Assembly: GCF_040938485.1 (NCBI RefSeq)
Contig: NW_027271376.1
Location: 124,001-188,000, forward strand
Direction: 5' to 3'
Length of the DNA: 64,000 nucleotides
Source of the DNA: Diadema antillarum
Taxonomy: Eukaryota
The stretch's first letter is position 1, and every line of letters starts with the position of its first letter. Under the pieces are notes generated by a model that was not told the origin of the DNA, did no database searches, and worked only from the letters and a program-made list of their open reading frames with translations. Below are positions 12,225 to 25,019 of this stretch, piece by piece. The position numbers and the translations under genes are program-made.

Positions 12225-15200
12225 ACACACACACACTTTAATAGTGGAATGTATGTCTGTTGAGCCTTCTCAGATCCGGACTGACAGTGCGCTTTTGAGA
12301 TGCAGACCGCACAAACTGGCATACAAGTTCCTTGAACCTTTACATTTTTGTGTGACATTGCCCCTTCATCTCTCACATCTTTCACTCCCATGAGGAAAGG
12401 ACAATTAACGTGTGTTGGTTTCAAGGGCAACTAAATCATGTTTACCCTCTTTTTCACCGGAAAGTTCATCCGTAAAAAGACTCTTGTGATCGATGTTGGT
12501 GAATTTCAAGCAAAAGAACACAAAAACCTGTAGAGGAAAATTGGAGTATTGATGAGGATGAGTCAATTGTTGAAATGTCTGGGATCTATCATGCATTGCG
12601 TCATCCACAGGTCAGCCCTAATACCTGACATCTGTAGTGGTCGCTCAGTTATGATGACACTTTGAATGAATGGTCCCCTTATTTGTGTCATACAACGAAA
12701 GACTTTATACAAGCCCATTTCCCTTCCTTCTTTTTTCTTGCATATGATATGTGTCAGAATCTGCTTCCTCTGTTTCATGATTTATTCCAAAGAATGTCAT
12801 ATTCTTGACTCATCTGGAGTGGACTAGTAAAGAATGTGTTTCCTTTGAGAAAAAAAAAGAGTGTGATATTAATAACATATCATGTACACGCCAAATCTCA
12901 AAGAAGCACAATGTCTGCAATGCCTTGAATACACAGCCAGGAAAACATACTATTACGTGGAAATGTTCCAAGAATTCTGTGAGGAAGTTTTGTAGTTGTG
13001 CTTTTATGAGCTCTCTAATTTGGTTAACATTGTAACCATGACCTTTATGATGTTTGGAGACCCTGCCATTGTTTGATGTGAGCTGTCTCTCTGAGGCAAA
13101 AATTTCCTTCCAATGATGATATAGAGCATGTTTGCGTCATAGCGTACACATCGGGAAGCTTCCAACCCCCCTTTTGTGCCCACAAGTTTGCACTTGGAAG
13201 GTGGAAAGTCATCCTTACTGATGTCTCCCAGGGTTAAGTTGCAACAGGTGTCAATCATAGCTGTTCTGAATGACTCCGGCACTGTGGTGGACGTGACTAG
13301 CATACTTGTGGTGACCCCTTTTTGCCCTCCTTGGGCTGTCACACGAGATCCATGAGATACTGCTTGATGTGATGGGCCCCGCGGCAGAAATTCCATTTGA
13401 GTACATCATACCACTCAGAAAATCTTCTAAGTGAAAAGGCTTAATTGCTATTTGTCAAGATGTGGGAGCACAGAAGTATTTTCTTGTGTTCCAAGAGTTC
13501 TCTTTCAGCAAAATCCCTCATGATATGCAGTCGTAATGCACTTCATTTATTATTTTTTATGCTTCCTTACTTTCGCTGTGTTTGATCTGATGCAAGATGC
13601 AGATACAAAGCCACTTTATTTCTTATTGCAACTGATTGACAAACCGCCTTTCATCAACTGGAATTAGCCAGTCAGTGTACAGTTGAAACAACTCAACACA
13701 AGAATTTATCAATTTGAATATATTTCTTTTTCCAACCCTTGTTTGTGACTTGTGAGCATGCTGATATACACAAACCTCTGTTTTACTGAGCAGTTTCTAT
13801 GTATGCTTGTTAAGATACAGTGCTTTTTTTTTTCTAAGAAAGCTGCAGAAACATATCAACCCAAATAAATTTTGTGAAGGAGTCAAGATACTTGTAATTG
13901 ACTGCATGCTTTTGATTGCTCCCCCCCCCCCTCCCCTTCTCGCCCTACCACTACCAGAGACAAGCCGTTGGATGCTGGAGTCACCGAGGGGACACCTGCC
14001 GGACGCCACCGATGGCCACACGGCATGTGTCATCGGCAACCGGATGTATGTCTTTGGGGGATTCATTGACCTGGTAAGTGTTTACCTTTGACCTCTCCAG
14101 ATCAACCCTTGTATAGAAACGTCTTGAGACTTTCTACAACTGTAAAGCAAGATATTGTTGCAGCAAGAAATTTTCGCAATTTGGAGCTGGCGGCCTTCTT
14201 TGCGGCATGATATTTTTCCATGAATTGCAGCTGGCATTCAGTGCATATTGTGTAGACAAGAACTTTCGTATGCAGTTTAATTTCGCAAATTTAAAATGCA
14301 TGCAAACATTTCTTGTTTTACTGTATACCAGAATGAATGACATAACTGATATAACTTCATGTATATTAGTCATATATGTAATGTGCTAAGCTGCCTGAAA
14401 CTACTATTATACAGGTATTTCAGGAACATGTATTATGACCATTCATCTATGACAGTACCAAATTTGTGGAGTTGATTTTCAACATTGTTATGAAACTATC
14501 CCCAGGACATGATATAAGTATGTATGCAGTGAAAGGGCAAAGTAGTACTTATTTTGGAGAAATGGGATAAATCATTGATAAAGTTCAAACCATTTACATT
14601 GACGTAGATTGATCACCTTCCTCTGACCTTTGTTGGATGCTGTAAAAGAATTGTGGTGCTAATGTGGCTATAATGTCTCTTTTGAAAGCAATGAAACAAA
14701 TAAGATATCAAAGCCTAGCATACTTTGCTCTCTGTGAAGGATGAAAACTTAGATATGACATTGAAATTTTGAGTGGCATTCTGACAATGCCAGTGATATA
14801 TTTTGCAATGTAGCAATTTGTCTCATGTCCGAAGTTTTCCAATACTGTATGAGCTGAATACTCCTAGCAGCACAATTTATCATCAGTTACATAGCATGGA
14901 TTAGTTAAGCTACTCTTAAGCAATTGAGGATGGTTTGATTTTTTTTTGCTACAACACGCATTTCCCATAGACACTTGCCCAAGTATACTCAGGACTCGTC
15001 TCAATGGGTTAATACATTTACCTTCAAATTGCCATATGATATCTGTTGAGAAGGCTTGAACACAATTATTGGTGATCTGGTTTTGAGCATTGCATGAAAT
15101 GTGAAATTTATTTTGTTGCTTGTACAGAAAGTATCCATTTCTTCGTTGTTGTATATGGTATCATTTGCCCCCTTTTTTTCCTTCTTGAAAATGTGCCAAT

Positions 15201-18200
15201 ATTCGATGATTGTGCATTGTATCCAATCAATTCCAGATTATATGCCTGTAATGCAATGCAATGAGTGGTGGTAACATTATATCTGTACTTGAAAATGATC
15301 CACTTAAGTATAATCATGTTTATATGTTCAGTTCACTGGTACTCAACTACTGGTAATGGATCTTAGGTACATGTATTATTATCAATTAGGCACAAGCCTT
15401 CTTTTTACCTCATTTTCATTTCCTTCATTTTCCTTATCCCATGTTCAGATGCAGAGCTATTCCAATTTAACATATGCCCTGGACTTCAGGGAAATGAAAT
15501 GGACACTACTGCAGCCAAAGGTTAGTCTTGGTTCAAGTTGTTTTTTATCAGAATCTGTGTGAGTGAGAGTGCATGAAGGAGAGTGCGAGGTTGAGCAAGA
15601 TGTTTGTGAGCATGATCGTGATGTGTGAGATAGTAATCATCTGTCTCTTTTACACAGTATGTTTTTCTCTGCTGCTCATTAAAGGCAGCATGAGTCAAAC
15701 TTGAAATGATGCATCTGTTTGTTTGTTTGTTTGTTTGTTTGTTTGAGTGAGAATGTCCTCCAGAGACTAAAAATGCATGTGTGTAGCTGTTTTATATTGA
15801 TGGGGTTTGCCGTCTTTTGTAACAATTTCCAAATACCATTCCTTGACCTTAAATATCATGTAGCTGTTCTGCCATATATTTCCAATGCAAGAGAATATGT
15901 GGACAGTGAAAGCAGAAAAGAGGAGGAGGTCAAAATCTTGTCATTTTTTCCCTCCATTTCATCCACAGGGTGGCGAGGTTCCACACTGGAGAGACTTCCA
16001 CACCGCCACACCCTTCGGTGACCACATGTACGTGTTTGGTGGTCGGTCAGATGTCTCGGGACCGTGGTACACCGGCCGGGAGTTCTACTGCAATAGGCTG
16101 AAGATGTTCGACACCAGGAACTCGCAGTGGCTGACGCCCAGGGCAACAGGGGACGAACCCATCGGGAGAAGAAGTCATTCAGCAGGTGAATTAAAGCTCC
16201 GAGAAGACCCCAGATTATTTTGAAAGAGCTGAAAGGTGCATGGTCTGGGTCCCGTTGCATAAAACTTTTTTGGCAACCTTAAAAATTCAGGTTGGGATTT
16301 GCCCAACCTGAATTTTTAAAGGTTGCTAACCAAAGAATGTAAAATCTGTTGCATAAAAACTCTGGTTGAGAGCTTCCAACCGGAATTTTGTGATTTCAAC
16401 CGGAAAAAAAATCCGGTTGGAGTTTTATGCAACGGGCCCCCGCTGGTGTTTTAGTCAAATGCGTACGCGGGCGCACAGCGCAAGTTTCCGGTAGAGACCT
16501 ACGCTATCGACTCCTCTCTAGCGCCTACGTTTTGGCCCACTTCCCCGAGTCCAAAGAAGTCCGATTCACTGTAGTCGGTGGTCGGATCACAGTACAGTTC
16601 AGCTCGTGATTCGGGTGAGGGGGAAGACAGCTTTAGTAAAGTTCTTTTGTGATGTCGTAATAACAAGCACATATGCACGCACCATGGCATTACTACAGAC
16701 TGGGCAATGCGCAGAGAAGACAACGTAGGCAACGTTACTTAGCAACAACTACGCACTTTACTCTTGATGACAGCTCAACTTCGGTAATCTTCGTATCAAA
16801 GCTAATGGTGATTGGCAGTATCATCAACAGCGCCCTCTACACCACCTGGACTATGCCCCTTTAAGAGTGGAAGAGAGATAGAAATGTTGCACATCAGACA
16901 GAATGAGGACATGCTGGATCAGGCTTCCCAATTATGAATTTGACTGCGTGTGATTGAATGTGTACTTTACACAAAATATGTTTTTGCGGTGTCTGTAAGT
17001 TTACAAGTCAACTGATATTCACAAAATGAAAAGTCACAAAAATAGTGCCTCATACAGTGCAGAATGGGCAGTACATCATATGTGACCCTGCATCACCAAA
17101 CCAACAAAAAGTCGCCAGACATTGATTTTTAGTTAAGAGCAGATTCTGAAAGAGCAGACTTCAAGCTTTAAAATGATGTATAACTCAATTCATATGGACT
17201 TTCCGAACACATCTAAATGTTGGAAAGAAAGCACACACTCTGGAAAGTGTGAACTGAGAAAAAAGGCTGTGAAGTACAGGGTCTATTCAAGCGCATAATA
17301 TTTGCCAAGCTGTGATAGCTGTTTGAGGAATGGAAGAAAAAACAGGATGTTAACCACTGGAGCAACAACAATGAAGGAATTATCAGATTAAGTTGAAATT
17401 AAGCATCGTGTATTAACACATTCTGTAGATGACTACCCCATGGTAATGCCAACTTTCAAAGCAGTAGCATCATCCTTTCTAAAGTTATTAGAGTTCAAAG
17501 TGAAGAGTATGGACAGGGTTTGTAGGAATGAAAAGGGGACTCTATAACATACGCCTAATCACACTATTCTACCATGAAGTGTTTGAGGAAAACTGAAAAA
17601 CACAATTTCCTGTGTCTTTTATGATCTCAAACTTTGGGATAATGTAAAAAAAGACTTGCTCTTTCAGAAAATATAAAGCTCAAGACTCAAGATTTGCTGG
17701 GTTGACCCATTTCACCTATTTTCAGTCCTTACACAAAATCAATGTATGCAACTTTTTGTTTGTTTTGTGATGCACGGTCACATATTGAAGGTTGTAAATC
17801 ACAAAGTGAAGAAAGATAATATGGGTATCTATTCCCATTCCTTTACTGTGCTTCTTTACTATGAATTTACCCACTTGCGAAGTTGTATTACTTGTTCAGA
17901 TTCATTAAACATTGTATTTGCGGAATATAAGGCATTCGCAGGAATCAGTTCCCAAATGTAATTACCTTTGGTAACTGTGAAATTACCATACTGTCGTTGG
18001 AGAAGGGGAGAGGGGAATTCACCTGGAGTATAAGTGCCATTAGCTTTGCTGAAAGAAAAGTGCAAAGTAGTTTCCTTACATATGGAGGGAAAAGTGTAAA
18101 AAATAATGCATTAAAAATATTGTCATTATCCTCTGAAGGAAGATGGGGACTGGAACAGATTTGGACATACATGTAGCAGTCTATAGATTTAAAAGGAAAG

Positions 18201-21200
18201 TGTTCCAATGTGCCAGCCTAGCAGTGACAGAGAGATTCTTTTAAACCATCCTGAGCCATTTTCTAACCCTTTTCAATCCTTCTTATTTGCATGAGTCATA
18301 AGATGGCCCCTAGAAAACTGTCAGTAAGAGAGATTGCCTCTTAGCCCCAGCAAAAAAAAAAAAAATGTTACCATGGTAATAAGGATAGGTATGTAGTGCA
18401 CAAATTATATTTGTCCTGAAAAAAAAAAATACAAATCTTGAATCTAAGTTATCACTACTGCATAATACCACATTTGAGAGATTCAAGTCATTTTTACATC
18501 ATGAAGTATATGCTGTGTTCACTCTGCTTATAAATAAGCTCCTGAGCAGATTAAAAGAAGTATCTAAAGGAAATATGTTTTGTTCCCAACAGTACTGTAT
18601 GATAATCACCTCTGTGTGTTTGGAGGCTTCAACCACACCATCGACACCCACTTCAACGACCTCCACAAGCTGGACCTGTCGTCGATGGAGTGGAAGAAGG
18701 TGGAGTGCAAGGGAAAGATTCCGTGCAAGAGACGTCGACAATGCTGCATTGTACATCGCGACAGGATGATCATGTTTGGAGGGACAAGGTGTGCATTTTG
18801 GACTAGACTATCTAACAAAGCCCCCTTCACTAGTTCAATGACATACCAATTATAGCTCTGATAGTGTGATACTCGATAAGACCAGACATTGTAATGGCAT
18901 TGAACATGAGAACATTTTTTTTTTTCTTTAAGGGGGGGGGGGGGGGAGTGGGTTAGGGGATTGTTTGTTTTGGGGTTGGATTTTTTTGGGGGGTGGATAG
19001 GGAGAGGGCAACATGGTAACATGCAATGAGGTAATTAAAAAAAAAGTCAACCACATTGTAGCTGTCCTTTCTGTCAAATGACAAGCATCAAATAAAGAAA
19101 AACCTGTAGAAAATGAATATTTGTGTGTTGTAAATTAGCCACTTAGGGATATGTGATCATATCAAGGGATAGATAGTTTGATTGGTAGAGGGAATGCCAT
19201 TTGGCTGTCTATCACAGAGAAATACTTTGTTTACCCCTGACTATTACTGAGTAAAACCTTATTCCCATGATAGTTCTAGCTTAAATTTTGGAGTGTAAAG
19301 GTTGTGATTGTGATCCTGAAAATGGATCATCCTATTTTAGTTCTCAAGACATTGTCGGATTTCTGCATTTGCTCTCTTTTTTTCGCTGCATTCTGATCAT
19401 TCCTCTTATGTTTTACTTACAATTTTTTTATTTGTGGGTGCGGCTGGATTGTTTTGTTGTCTCTGTGAAACAGAAGTTTGAGGCTGTGGTAACAAAGTCA
19501 AGAGCTTTTCTCACAGTGCATACTATCTTGTTGTCTCTGCCACAGCCCAAGGGAAAAGTACATCCCTGGAGGAAGTCCCGGGGAGAACCTGATTGACCTA
19601 GCAGATCTACACATCCTGGACTTTGGTAAGTGGGGAGCTATTTCTAAAGGGCTGCATACATTGTCTGGATAAGTTGGGGATGTTCAATTGCTGTGACTAG
19701 CCTCTTCCAATTATCACAGAATGTTGTTGTTTGTTTGCTTGCTTGTTTGTTTTTGAAGTACAATGTATGGTGTTTTGTCTGGCTGATTGCAGAAAGAATG
19801 GTAATTGACCTTATCTGTACTATTAGCCTAGAGCAATGAAATCAATTTATGTCTTGGATGGACAAAGTGTTGTATGAAAAAAAGGGGGTTATCATACCAG
19901 GTACCTATACAGGATGAGCACTCAAGGAGAAGATACAAAATATGTTCACAAGAATTTACTGAGCAAACACTGCATGACAGTGAAAGGTTTGTGTCGTGTT
20001 TGGTATATCCATCATCTATAGGTGATCCTTGGACTGAGTATTGCCCCAGACATTGTACCAAATATAGTTCTACGGAAATCGTAGGATGAGTGGGGCTGTT
20101 GGAGGGGTGCATTAAAGCCCCACACGATGCAGTCTTAAACACAGTGCCGATATTTCACACCCTGTAAGCCTCCTAAACCCAGCTCCCAACACATTCGAGT
20201 GGTGGCAACCACATTCAACGGTGATAGTAAACCACCATTATGCATTGTGGCAGAAAAGAGGAAGATAGAAAGCTGAATCCATGCCATGCTCAAGCTGTCT
20301 TGGATTTATGAGTAGCATAAGCGCCAGCAGGCAGAATGGCGTAAATTGAATTCAGATGAGAAAGATCTGTTGTATTGAAGTCGTGCATATTTTCATGAAG
20401 CAGGGATGTTGGTGGAAACCACCTATTCAATCTATGACAGGCAATGGTGTCTCCATTTCTCCACTCTCACAGTGGTGTGTACACATACCTCGGGGTATTC
20501 ACTTCAGAAAGCATGTGTTCTTTTGAAAGTTTGAACGATGATATAAATGAGGAAGAATGGTTTGCAGTTACACCATGTGTATGTAGGCCTCGACAGGACT
20601 GTTGTTTAGTGAATGAGGACCCTGGAAAGAGGAGAGTGGAGGAGGGAAGTGACATAGGGAGAGTGTATGGTAGGCAAAAAGTGACAATTGAGGAGCAGCA
20701 GTGAGCTGGAAGTTGACGTTACACTAGTAAAGATGGGAAAAGAGGAGACAGGGACAGTTGTAAGGAAGAATAGAGCATGTATTTGGTCAATAATTGAGCT
20801 GCTGCAGCCCACCCATCCTCAAAATTGATCTTTTCCGAATCATATGTGAAAGATCCCCATGATTTATTAAAGGAAGACAGAAAAAAAGGAAATTATGTGA
20901 AGTTTTTTTTTTAGAGACTGAGGTTAGTGTGAGACTTGGGGGACAAGTACTCTGATTATCACCTCACACATGTGGTTGCAACCTGTATAATTGTTTTTCA
21001 TGAAAACACATAAAACTTGAAATCCTATAACTTTCTCACTTCATACCTAAGGGCCAAATCTAAATAAACTTCCAACATTTCATTAATCAAACTTTACTAT
21101 TTTCATTAAAGTTAACTTGATTGTGGAGTGGCATTGATTGTGCTCTAATGATGCTGGTTTGAATGATTTGGGATGTTTCAATCTTTATTTTTTGTCCCCG

Positions 21201-22676
21201 CCGAACGAGTTCGAGCAGGGGACTATGAAACGGGCTCCGTACGTGTGTGTGTCCGTGTGTCCGTCCGTGTGTGCGTCCGTGTGTGATCAAAATCTTCAAT
21301 TTGCTACTTCTCTGTCATTTATGAGCCAATTTTGATTCTGTTTGCTTTGTATGATAGCACTACATGGGAGCTTTGAAACTTCTACACAGAATTTCAGTCG
21401 TGACCTTTGACCTTGACCTTTGACCTATATTGTACATTTTGCTACAAAATGCTACTCCTTCGCCATTTCTAACCCGATTTCGATTCCGTTTGCTTTATGT
21501 GATGGCACTAGGTGAGGGCTTCAAAACTTCTACACAGAATTTTGACCTTTGACTTCTTTGACCTTTGACCTTGATTTTTTGACCTATATTGTACATTTTG
21601 CTACAAAATGCTACTCCTTCGCCATTTCTAACCCGATTTCGATTCCGTTTGCTTTATGTGATGGCACTAGGTGAGGGCTTCAAAACTTCTACACAGAATT
21701 TTGACCTTTGACTTCTTTGACCTTTGACCTTGATTTTTGACCTATATTGTACATTGGCTACAAAATGCTACTCCTTCGCCATTTCTAACCCGATTTCGAT
21801 TCTGTTTCCTTTATGTGATGGCACTAGGTGAGGGCTTCAAAACTTCTACACAGAATTTTGACCTTTGACTTCTTTGACCTTTGACCTTGATTTTTTACCT
21901 ATATTGTACATTTTGCTACTAAATGCTACTTCCGGCGGGGACATATATTACGCACCGCGTAATTTCTACTTTTCCTTGTTTCCAGAGCCATCTCTGAAGA
22001 CCATGTGCCAGATGACAATTATCAATGAGAAGATTGACCCGTCCTGTCTGCCAAAGACACTGAGGTAAGATATCTTGGTGTCTCATCACATCCTGCAGTG
22101 ATAATGAAAGCAGTGGGCCATTAAACAGGACCAACTGCCAACAATAGTGTTTGCATTTTCCGTTTTCAATGCAGGTGGCATGTCAATTGCATTGTTGTTT
22201 TTTATCCATAGTTATAGTTATCCACTCTCTAGATGAAACTGATCGCCAGTATATTTTTTTATTTCAGAAAATATCTCAAATTTTGCTAGCACACATTTTT
22301 TTTTTTGAAGTGTTTGCACACATGGTATACTCTGCGTACAAACACTTCAAAAAAGCTCATGATGATCAAGATTCATGTACTGCCAAATAAGAAATAAATA
22401 AGAGGCTTTTATGTGTATATGATAACATCTGTTTCATAGATCTATTAGACTCTTGGAATATGTATTTTATGTTTTATAGAGGGCAATGCCTAAATGATTT
22501 CCAATGTCTTGCCACATGTGCTTCACATGCAGGTTTTGTCGCTAAAATTTCTTACATAGCAAAACATTAACAGCAGATTAACCCGTTCCACACTGAATTC
22601 TAAAATCCCCATAGACTTAATACACAGGCCACCAGGTTCCCGTATGGAACGGGTTACAGCAGAGGCAGTTTGCCTC

Positions 22677-22707
<31 letters not shown>

Positions 22708-22827
22708 ATCTCTTATCTTTCTTTCTATGTGTCTTTCTTTGTCTCTTCGTCTCGAAGGTGGGAAATTGCTGCCATGACAACGAACAGTGACATCAGCCAG
22801 CCGTGTGAGGCCACGCAGCAGGGATGA
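7514..22827 (+). CDS. KLHDC3: Kelch domain-containing protein 3 (CRL2 substrate receptor), 9 coding exons, 385 aa
   Basis: Exons 7514-7667, 9238-9411, 13958-14073, 15449-15520, 15969-16185, 18593-18788, 19546-19625, 21986-22064, 22758-22827. All junctions are GT-AG and phase-consistent, total 1158 nt. Translation begins MAHWIAHLDGGPRRVNHAAVSVGDHIYSFGGYC and contains RYGHS, LWGGRND, WRDFHTA, GRRSHSA, RRRQCC, DLHILDF, PSLKTMC. It ends RWEIAAMTTNSDISQPCEATQQG*, collinear with human KLHDC3 as I recall it. Confidence 0.96.
8507..8663. mobile_element. Harbinger-like MITE with CAG target duplication
   Basis: CAG|GGCCCTGTTTCATAAAAG ... CTTTTATGAAATGGGGCC|CAG, with an additional internal inverted repeat (CTCTTGCTGGAATG / CATTCCAGCAAGAG). 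Confidence 0.8.
9973..10057. mobile_element. Short piggyBac-like MITE (TTAA|CCC...GGG|TTAA), about 85 bp; copies at 38179-38265, about 7714-7806 and about 14935-15012
   Basis: TTAACCCGTTGAGGACGAGTCCCGAGTATACTCGGG...AACGGGTTAA with an internal perfect hairpin CCCGAGTATACTCGGG. The 38179 copy is its reverse complement. Confidence 0.85.
12151..12237. repeat. (CA)n microsatellite; others at about 380-400, 10599-10625, 44878-44902 and 59515-59545
   Basis: Direct reading of dinucleotide runs. Confidence 0.97.
16248..16439. mobile_element. Harbinger-like MITE in KLHDC3 intron 5
   Basis: CTG|GGTCCCGTTGCATAAAACT ... AGTTTTATGCAACGGGCCC|CCG, with an internal 24-bp hairpin. Confidence 0.75.
17082..17781. 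mobile_element. MITE related to the 504-1173 element, about 700 bp, in KLHDC3 intron 5
   Basis: Left GTGACCCTGCATCACCAAACCAACAAAAAGTCGC; right GCAACTTTTTGTTTGTTTTGTGATGCACGGTCAC. ATAT lies on both sides. Confidence 0.8.
21188..21972 (+). mobile_element. DINE-1/HINE-like (Helentron-associated) non-autonomous element with an internal tandem array of about 158-bp units
   Basis: T-rich 5' end, subterminal inverted repeat GTCCCCGCC (21194) / GGCGGGGAC (21934), CCGT/GTGT microsatellite, GACCTTTGACCTTGA-rich units recurring at 21422, 21581, 21739 and 21896, a 3' stem-loop ACGC-ACC-GCGT (21950-21960), and a T-rich tail. Confidence 0.8.
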
Positions 22828-25019
22828 CCTCCAGCCGTGTTGTGGAAATAGCTGTCAGGAAGTGGGGGAGCTTCTTGCTGCTTCTCTTGCCAGCATCTTG
22901 CATGCCAGTCTGTTATTATGCTCTCCAGTGGATGAAAAACAAACCTTAAAATCGCGGGAATATGTCTGAGAAAAGGCACGGACAGTGTGGGAGAAAAAAA
23001 AAACAAAGAAACAGCAGCTTCCTCTTACACCAGGTTTTTCTGGAGCTGACTTCACTGTACTGTGCCTGGCCTGTCTGGATGACAGTGTCACTGTTCTCTG
23101 ATTATTCTCAGGAGGTGAAGATGACGCGCACATCTTACAATCATCATCTTCAAACTCTATCGAGGCTTGTCTCTTGAAAGTTCTTGCCATTGTGATCAGC
23201 TGCGTACTCGTATGCAGCACTCTTATTTTGATGACTGCAGTACTTCCAGCCTGTGATTTGTGCTAAGAGAACTTCAGAAATAGGATGTGCAGAGTGCTAA
23301 CTTGGGAAATATCACTCTCTCATCCGTACATCTATTTCACTGACAGTATTTTACCATCAAACTTTTTCCTTATCAACCGCCTTTCAGAAAATGGAAGCAG
23401 GGTATTTCTTATGAAGAAGACAAATAAGTTGGTTTTTTTACAGAAAAATTTTAAAGCACCAACAAAGGAATGAATCGGCAAAGAAATCTGACAGAATGAC
23501 AGTGCAACCAAAAGATTGACAATTCAAATATATTATGTTGAATTGACTTTATACCAAATGCTCGTGGGTTCAAAACTCGCTTTTGCACCAAGCCAGGTGT
23601 GCATTCATCCAATCTTGTTAATATGTGTGCTTTTGACTAGATTATTTTGTTCTTTTTCCATCCAACATCCCAAGTGTGTGCGCAATGGACGTGAACACTA
23701 AGACAGTTGCTGTGTATATACACGTATTTTGTGTGTGTAGCCAAAATTGAAAGTTTCAGTTGAACTAAGTTTTGTGCTTCTGCTGTTCTGTTCAAAAATG
23801 TTGTCTTACACGTTGTAAACCTTGTGCATAGCTGCCATGTATTCAGAGCAGCAGTCATGGGTGGTTATCCTGATGTCATAGTATTTCTTCTGCCATTATG
23901 TCATCTGAACTCATCCCTCTGTGGGTAAGAGATGCAAGAGCCAAGAGTCAACCCTTATCATATTCAGAACCATTTTTGAAATGTATGAACTTCAATGAAG
24001 TGTAGGAAAAATGTGCAATGAAGTTTTTTTATGGGGAATTTCTCTCTTCACAGGTCCGAGCCACTGAGCAATTTATTTCACTTGTCAAAGACTTTATATG
24101 TGTCCACCAAAGATAATAGCAAAAAAGGCAAGTTTTTGATGAGCTAATGTTTGAGTTTTTATGAAGTTGTGCAGTTTTGAGAGTTTGATGTGATTTTATT
24201 TCTCTATAGCTATATGCCATACGTTATATGGCAACTTTTTTTTTTCTTTTTTTTTTTTCTACTGATATCCCTGTGAGCTAATATTTTAGTTGTCCAGCAT
24301 GTTAACCCCGGGGATGGCATAGTTTAGAGAAGAAATGACAGAAACATTTTAGAAAATGGGTAAAAGTGAACCCAATAGTAGTCAATTTTACACTGTCATT
24401 ATGGCACCAAATTACAGAACAAAAAGAGGGGGCGAGATTGCTTGGTCTGTAGTGATCTGCATACAAAATACAATGCAGAGATGATTCATGTTTTCCTGAC
24501 AGTGCTTTAGTGAAATTCACAATGCCTGTGCATAATTTTTAGTACCTAAGATTGTTTGTGCTTTTGCTCTTTGTTTTTAAAGGGAAGATATCAAATCTCC
24601 CTTCCATAGGCTGTTTTGAACGCTCATGATTAAAGGACAGAACTGGTCCATTGTGTTACCAACATTGCATCAGTATATTTTCTAGACAGTTTGTGAGGAG
24701 AGTTGGTACGTTTCCTTTCATGTAAGTAGTCCGACAAGAAGACCGATGAACTTGATAACTCATTCCCACAAACACGTTTGATGTTGCTAAACAGCAATTA
24801 GCCCAGCACTGTTTCAGACTTTTACCATTATTTGAATGTCAGAGATGGAAATCAAGACAATGTTGAGGTTATGAGCAGTGAAATTAACATTTCAGCAAGT
24901 TTTTGACACTGTGCATGATATATTCTATGAAGCCTATGAAATTTGATAACGACTATTAAATTGTTGGGTTGTTTTTTAGGTTTTTTTTTGTTCTTCTGAT
25001 ATTTGATTTTTTTTTTTAC

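Noticed and set aside
12026-12430. ORFs with CV or HT repeats (also 59284-59818 and 44761-44952)
   Set aside because: They stay open only because (CA)n microsatellites lack stop codons.
21290-21930. Regular repeats as a CRISPR array
   Set aside because: The units are contiguous 158-bp tandem copies without unique spacers, lie in a eukaryotic intron, and have no cas genes nearby.
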